Assembly: GCF_001306055.1 (NCBI RefSeq) | Contig: NZ_LGHJ01000016.1 | Span: 60,001-92,000, forward strand | Length of the DNA stretch: 32,000 nucleotides | From: Bellilinea caldifistulae | Lineage (GTDB): Bacteria; Chloroflexota; Anaerolineae; Anaerolineales; Anaerolineaceae | Reading direction: 5' to 3' | Shown here: in pieces, positions 27,294 through 32,000 of the stretch | Layout: each line of letters opens with the position of its first letter | Numbering within the stretch: the stretch's first letter is position 1 | The notes under the pieces: generated by a model | Seen by the model: only the letters and a program-made list of their open reading frames with translations | The model's database searches: none | What the model was told of the DNA's origin: nothing | Made by a program: the position numbers and the translations under genes

Positions 27294-29465
27294 ATGTTAG
27301 CCAAATTGCTTAACTTTCCTCTTCGTGCCCTTCCCAAGTGGTGGAAACGCCGGCACACGATTGCGGTGATTGTCTTGTTGTCCAGCCTGATCCATGCCTG
27401 GGCGGTCTGGCAGTTACCGCTAGACGCAGATGAACCGGTGTACATGCGAGCAGGCAGGGAGTACGCTCAGTTGATCCGGCAGGGGGATTGGAATGGAATC
27501 ATCAACTACGATCAGAATAGAGAACACCCGCCTCTTATTAAATTGATGTACAGCCTGCCATTTTTATTGAGGGGCGAAAGTGTCAACCCGGATTTTGAAT
27601 TTTACTTTAACCGTTCTATTAGTGCGTTTTTCGGCGTTTTGCAGGTTTTGATCCTGGCGCTTTTTGATCCTTTGGCGGCACTGCTGCTGACATTTCATTC
27701 CTATACCATTAAATACACCAGTCAGGTTTACCTGGAAGCCTTTCCCCTGTTCGCCTCTTTGCTGGCGGTTTTGTTATTCCGGCAGTATTTTGAAAGGGAA
27801 TCGAAACCTGGAAATCCATTGCTTTTGTGGTTTTCAGCGGCAGCAATGGGCGCTGCGATTGCCGGAAAATATCCATACGCTATGATGATCATCCCGTTGG
27901 CATTTTTAATCGGCCAGTTCCGCCGCAAGATTGCTTGGCAGGAATTGATCCTTTGGGGCGGAATTGCTGCGGGAACCTTTTTTGCACTCAACCCCTATCT
28001 TTGGAATGAACCATTGCGCCGGGTGGTTGAAATTTTCAACTTTCACCGCCAGTATACCCAAGGGGGAGATGTACTGCAGGCTGGCTACCCGTGGTGGCAG
28101 CCAGTAATCTGGGTGGCCACTGCTTTGCCATGGCATCCACGGGTCTTCTTTTTTCTCACTCTGGACGAGTTTATTTTCTGGGCAGGGATAGTCGGGCTTT
28201 ATTTTTACGGACGAAAAGAACCATGGCTGACGGGGTGGTTTGTTGTCCAATTTGTAATTTTACTGGTCTACCCAACCAAATGGCCGCAATATTCTTTGAT
28301 TGTCATTCCAGCGCTATGTATGAGTGGATCGGGGTTTTTAAGGTCGGCCTATACCTGGATTATGGAGCAGGAGCAATATTGGGACTATCTGGAAGAAATG
28401 CTGCCTAAACCGCCCAAAGTGTTCTGGTGGTTGATCATTGCTTTCACAGGGTTCATCGTGATTGGTAAAGTCACTTATGAGTATGACCGGGCTTTATTGC
28501 GGGGCGGATGGCAGCACTTGATGGCACAAACAGCTCCGTTGCCTTCCAACACCATTTATAATTTGCATTTGCGAGCCAACGGGGACATGATGATTGCAAC
28601 AGATCAAGGGGCGGCCCTGTGGCATGTGAGTGAGGGTTCGCCATGGGGAGAGGATAGCCGGGTGTATAACCGTCAAAACTCCGGTATTGGGGATGATCGG
28701 GTGCGGGTGGTTTACGAAGACCGCAAGGGAAATTTATGGTTTGGGACGGAAAGTGGTTTAAGTTGCCTGTGCGATGGAAATTGGGAACAAATCCTGGATG
28801 CGGGTAAGTATGGTAGAGAAGTGAAGGTGCGCTCCCTGGTAGAGGACGAGAAGGGTCATCTTTGGATTGGGACACTGAACGGACTTTTTGAGTGGGACGG
28901 AAGACAATTGATTTCGTATAGCCAGAATTTTTTTGCGTTGCCTGACCCCTTCATTTTTTCCCTTGCGCATCAAATGTTCCAGGGAGAAGAATATCTCTGG
29001 CTTGGAACACAAAAAGGAGTCACTCGACTGGCACTTTCCACCCTTACGATGGATAGTTGGGATTTTTCTTCACGTGATTTAGGATGGGGAGGGGTATCTC
29101 ATCTGATGATCGATTCTCAAAATCGGGTATGGATTGCCACCATCGGCGGCGGGATAGCCCGGTGGGATGAGAAGGACTGGATTTTCTACCGATTGGGTAC
29201 CTCTTTATTGCCCACCAGTGTGGTTAATAATATGATCGAGCAACCCGGAAAAGGGTTCTGGCTCGGTCATGGTTTCCCGACCGAACCGGGTGGGTTGGTC
29301 AGCCGGTTCGATGGGGTAGATCAGTGGACGATTTATCGCGAGAATAATTCCGGCTTCAACGGAGGCGAACCGCTGGCATTTGCGTTCGACCCCTTCGGCA
29401 GGCTGTGGATTGGTACGGCTTTAAGTGGCGTGCAAATTTATGATCCTGCGTTAGCAAAACGATAA
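27294..29465 (+). CDS. Polytopic GT-C-type (PMT_2/ArnT-like, GT39/GT83-like) putative glycosyltransferase fused to a C-terminal seven-bladed 'two-component regulator propeller' domain
   Basis: About 10 hydrophobic helices in aa ~20-395. The first loop carries 'LPLDADEPVY' (D-A-D-E = nt 27423-27434) and 'EHPPL' (27522-27536), which are hallmarks of PMT_2/ArnT-like GT-C enzymes. Residues ~418-723 hold seven repeats such as 'VRVVYEDRKGNLWFGTESGLSCL', 'VRSLVEDEKGHLWIGTLNGLFEW' and 'LAFAFDPFGRLWIGTALSGVQIY' (Reg_prop blades). No kinase or receiver follows. Confidence 0.65.
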   Translation: MLAKLLNFPLRALPKWWKRRHTIAVIVLLSSLIHAWAVWQLPLDADEPVYMRAGREYAQLIRQGDWNGIINYDQNREHPPLIKLMYSLPFLLRGESVNPDFEFYFNRSISAFFGVLQVLILALFDPLAALLLTFHSYTIKYTSQVYLEAFPLFASLLAVLLFRQYFERESKPGNPLLLWFSAAAMGAAIAGKYPYAMMIIPLAFLIGQFRRKIAWQELILWGGIAAGTFFALNPYLWNEPLRRVVEIFNFHRQYTQGGDVLQAGYPWWQPVIWVATALPWHPRVFFFLTLDEFIFWAGIVGLYFYGRKEPWLTGWFVVQFVILLVYPTKWPQYSLIVIPALCMSGSGFLRSAYTWIMEQEQYWDYLEEMLPKPPKVFWWLIIAFTGFIVIGKVTYEYDRALLRGGWQHLMAQTAPLPSNTIYNLHLRANGDMMIATDQGAALWHVSEGSPWGEDSRVYNRQNSGIGDDRVRVVYEDRKGNLWFGTESGLSCLCDGNWEQILDAGKYGREVKVRSLVEDEKGHLWIGTLNGLFEWDGRQLISYSQNFFALPDPFIFSLAHQMFQGEEYLWLGTQKGVTRLALSTLTMDSWDFSSRDLGWGGVSHLMIDSQNRVWIATIGGGIARWDEKDWIFYRLGTSLLPTSVVNNMIEQPGKGFWLGHGFPTEPGGLVSRFDGVDQWTIYRENNSGFNGGEPLAFAFDPFGRLWIGTALSGVQIYDPALAKR

Positions 29466-29490
29466 TTCTTGATGTAAGGAGGATGAGAAG

Positions 29491-32000
29491 ATGAAAATTT
29501 ACCATCGTATTCTGCTCATTTTTATGGTGCTGGTTCTGGTAATTTCGGCTTGTCAGACTCAGCCCGTTACGCCGGTTGCCCCAACGCAGCCGGTGATTGT
29601 TGGTACTCCTGCGGTTGAAGAACCCACTCCCACACCAGAATTGCAAGCAACAGAAGATGTGCTTTACCTCAATCTGATGTGGCATCAACACCAGCCGCTC
29701 TACTACAAGGATGAAAATGGAGTATATACTCGACCGTGGGTTCGGGTTCATGCTACCAAAGATTATTATGACATGGCCTATCTGGTCTCGCAGTACCCGA
29801 ATGTGCATGTCACTTTTAACCTCACCCCTGTCCTGTTGCGCCAGCTGGAAGATTTCGTCAACAACGGGGCAAAGGACCTTTACTGGGTGATGACCGAGAA
29901 AGCTGCAAACCAGTTAACGGAGGATGAAAAACGCTTTATTCTTCAGCGATTTTTTGATGCCAATTGGGACAAGTTGATCGGTCGCTACCCGCGTTATAAA
30001 GAATTATTGCAAAAGCGCGGAGGAACCGATCCAGAAGCAATTCAAAATGCTTTGAATACCTTTACGGAACAGGATTTCCGCGACCTGCAAATCTGGTGGA
30101 ATCTAGTGTGGTTTGATCCGATGTTCCTCAATCAACCACCCTTGAAGGATTTAGTTGAGAAAGGGGAAAATTTTACTGAAGAGGATAAGGTGATTGTCTT
30201 TCAAGAAGTGCGGCGGGTGATGGCGGAAATCATCCCTCTTCACCGGCAATTGCAGGAAGCCGGACAAATCGAAGTCACCACCACCCCTTACGCTCATCCG
30301 ATTTTACCGTTGCTGATTGATACCAATTTGCAAGCAAAAGGCAACCCCGGTTCGGATTTGCCCCAAAAGTTTTCTTATCCACAAGATGCCTTGACTCACT
30401 TGCAGCGCAGTGTTGCCCTGTATGAAGACAATTTTGGCCAACCGCCGCGTGGACTTTGGCCGGGTGAGGGAGCAGTGGCGCAAATCATGGTGCCGTTCGT
30501 TTTGCGGGCCGGTTACTCTTGGATGGCAACAGGTGAACCCGTACTCGCAAAATCGCTAGGGCTGGATGGTTTCACCCGTGATAGTAAAGAAACCGTCAAT
30601 CAGCCGGATGAACTCTACCGTCCCTATTACGTGACCAATCAGGCTGGTGATAAACTGGCGGTTTTCTTCCGCGATGGCGTCCTCTCGGACAAAATTGGCT
30701 TTACTTACTCGGGCGTTTCAGGAACGGCAGCAGCCAAGGATCTAATCCAGAGATTGGAGAATATCCGTGCAAAGTTGAAAGAGCAAAATGCCGAGGGGCC
30801 GCATGTTGTTTCAATTATTCTCGATGGAGAAAATGCCTGGGAGTATTACGATAATGACGGCATTGAATTTCTCAGCACTTTTTACCAACTGCTGTCTGAA
30901 AGCAAAACCATTCGGACGATTACTCCCAGTGAATACATTCAAAAATTCCCCGACCAGCGGGTGATCCAAGACCTGTTCCCAGGAGCGTGGTTCAGCCCGA
31001 ATTACGATACCTGGATTGGCGAAGCGGAAGAGAATACCGCATGGGAATACCTGCGGCAAACCCGAGAAGTACTGGCAAAATATGACATTTCCAAAGTTCG
31101 TCAGGCACCTGTGGAAAAAGTTGAAACCGCCCTGGATTATATGCTGCTTGCCGAAGGTTCGGATTGGTTCTGGTGGTATGGGGCTGACCAGGACTCGGGT
31201 CAGGATGAATATTTTGATCTCGGCTTTCGTGAACTGTTACGCAAAGTATTTGAAACCCTTGATGAGCCGGTGCCGACGTTTGTTGATGTGCCGATCATTC
31301 AGGCACGCCCGGTGAGCGCCGAAACTCCTCTACAAGGTCTTTCCTCACCGGTCATTGATGGTGCTGTTGGGGCAGAGGAGTGGGACAAGGCAGCCTACTA
31401 CCCAGGTGGTGAAAATACTGTAATCGCAGGATTTGCTTATGCAATGGATGCCAATAACCTTTACCTTCGGGTTGATGCGGCAAGCGGCGGGGCTATGGCT
31501 CGCACTCTTGAAACGCCGGTGGTCATTTATTTACAGGATCGCCGCACCAAATCCAGTTACCCGTATACCCTATCTGAACCACCCGGTTTACTTGGTATGG
31601 CAGCCAGTTATGCCTTGGTCTGGGATGGCGGCGGGAATCTGACCCTTTACAAAGCAAGCGCGGAAAACTGGGTTGAGGGTGAATCCATAGGAGAAGCCGC
31701 TTCGAGCGCAGGCATCCTGGAGATTTCTTTGCCACTCACTCTGCTGGGTGAGTTTGAAACCGGTGATGAATACCGCTTTTTCATTGGGGTTGGTCCGAGT
31801 CAGTCCGTTTTCCCCCAAAAAGGACCTGCGCAATTTGTCATTCCGGATTTGGGCCTTTCAACGGTCTTGTTCGAGGTGGAGGATCCAGAAGGGGATGATT
31901 ACGGCCCGGGCACTTACACATACCCCACCGATGCGGTCTTTCAGAATAAAGCATTTGACCTTAAATCCTTCCGGGTGTCCTATGATGATAACAATTTAAT
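29491..32000 (+). CDS. GH57-family alpha-glucan-active lipoprotein (amylopullulanase/alpha-amylase-like) with the start of a glucodextranase-like C-terminal domain; 3'-partial
   Basis: Absent from the supplied ORF track because it has no stop in the window. ATG at 29491 follows AAGGAGGA (29477-29484). I translated 836 codons to nt 31998 without a stop. Lipobox 'LVISAC' plus a Pro/Thr tether. GH57 regions 'WHQHQPLY', 'TTTPYAHPILPLL', 'LWPGEGAV' (nucleophile Glu, 30466-30468), 'ILDGENAWEY' (acid/base Asp, 30823-30825) and 'AEGSDWFWWYG'. The end 'EDPEGDDYGPGTYTYPTDAVF..KAFDLKSFRV' is a glucodextranase-C-like motif. Confidence 0.9.
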   Translation, partial: MKIYHRILLIFMVLVLVISACQTQPVTPVAPTQPVIVGTPAVEEPTPTPELQATEDVLYLNLMWHQHQPLYYKDENGVYTRPWVRVHATKDYYDMAYLVSQYPNVHVTFNLTPVLLRQLEDFVNNGAKDLYWVMTEKAANQLTEDEKRFILQRFFDANWDKLIGRYPRYKELLQKRGGTDPEAIQNALNTFTEQDFRDLQIWWNLVWFDPMFLNQPPLKDLVEKGENFTEEDKVIVFQEVRRVMAEIIPLHRQLQEAGQIEVTTTPYAHPILPLLIDTNLQAKGNPGSDLPQKFSYPQDALTHLQRSVALYEDNFGQPPRGLWPGEGAVAQIMVPFVLRAGYSWMATGEPVLAKSLGLDGFTRDSKETVNQPDELYRPYYVTNQAGDKLAVFFRDGVLSDKIGFTYSGVSGTAAAKDLIQRLENIRAKLKEQNAEGPHVVSIILDGENAWEYYDNDGIEFLSTFYQLLSESKTIRTITPSEYIQKFPDQRVIQDLFPGAWFSPNYDTWIGEAEENTAWEYLRQTREVLAKYDISKVRQAPVEKVETALDYMLLAEGSDWFWWYGADQDSGQDEYFDLGFRELLRKVFETLDEPVPTFVDVPIIQARPVSAETPLQGLSSPVIDGAVGAEEWDKAAYYPGGENTVIAGFAYAMDANNLYLRVDAASGGAMARTLETPVVIYLQDRRTKSSYPYTLSEPPGLLGMAASYALVWDGGGNLTLYKASAENWVEGESIGEAASSAGILEISLPLTLLGEFETGDEYRFFIGVGPSQSVFPQKGPAQFVIPDLGLSTVLFEVEDPEGDDYGPGTYTYPTDAVFQNKAFDLKSFRVSYDDNNL

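Noticed and set aside
27294-29465. Interpreting the propeller protein as a hybrid two-component sensor kinase
   Set aside because: The protein ends right after the seventh blade. There is no HisKA, HATPase, receiver or AraC module, and the next gene (GH57) starts 25 nt later with its own SD and signal peptide.
1-32000. Scan by eye for tRNA/rRNA genes, CRISPR arrays, IS elements, integrases, phage or toxin-antitoxin/defence modules
   Set aside because: Intergenic regions are all 170 nt or shorter and are accounted for by promoters and hairpins. No transposase, recombinase, nuclease or NTPase-type ORFs and no spaced direct repeats were seen. A covariance-model scan (tRNAscan/Infernal) would be needed to exclude small ncRNAs formally.

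Overview
By eye this is an ordinary chromosomal stretch of a mid-GC bacterium. I guess Chloroflexota/Anaerolineae-like, from the many lipoproteins with Pro/Thr-rich tethers and an rpoC that stands alone; this is unverified. Twenty protein-coding genes fill almost all of the window. (1) 1-6264: a same-strand signalling cluster of three histidine kinases, one with an N-terminal receiver, and a bacterial secernin-like (peptidase C69) Ntn-hydrolase between them. (2) 6432-13592: rpoC with its own promoter and terminator and no rpoB upstream, followed by a GyrA/ParC-family type IIA topoisomerase A subunit. (3) 13589-17132, minus strand: a putative operon of a PhnD-like lipoprotein, SanA/DUF218, an HD hydrolase and a GH25-like barrel fused to an NTF2-like domain. 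(4) 17220-18730: a DUF4230 protein and a LipM-like lipoate ligase family protein. (5) 18868-32000: an alpha-glucan (maltodextrin/starch) locus of ROK regulator, MalEFG-type transporter, two GH13 enzymes, a GT-C-like membrane protein fused to a 7-bladed propeller, and a GH57 lipoprotein. The GH57 gene runs off the window and is missing from the supplied ORF track. I found no rRNA, tRNA, CRISPR, IS, integrase, phage or recognisable defence genes, and every large ORF has a recognisable family, so I see no compelling evidence for a wholly new multi-gene system. The most unusual items are the GT-C/propeller fusion inside the glucan operon, possibly linked to the Pro/Thr-rich lipoprotein linkers around it. 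Next come the secernin homologue wedged between kinases with no output regulator, the topoisomerase subunit that lacks a GyrA box and carries a ~109-aa strongly basic tail, and lineage-specific insertions in the RNA polymerase beta-prime subunit. All functional calls rest on motifs I read in the translations; no database search was run.
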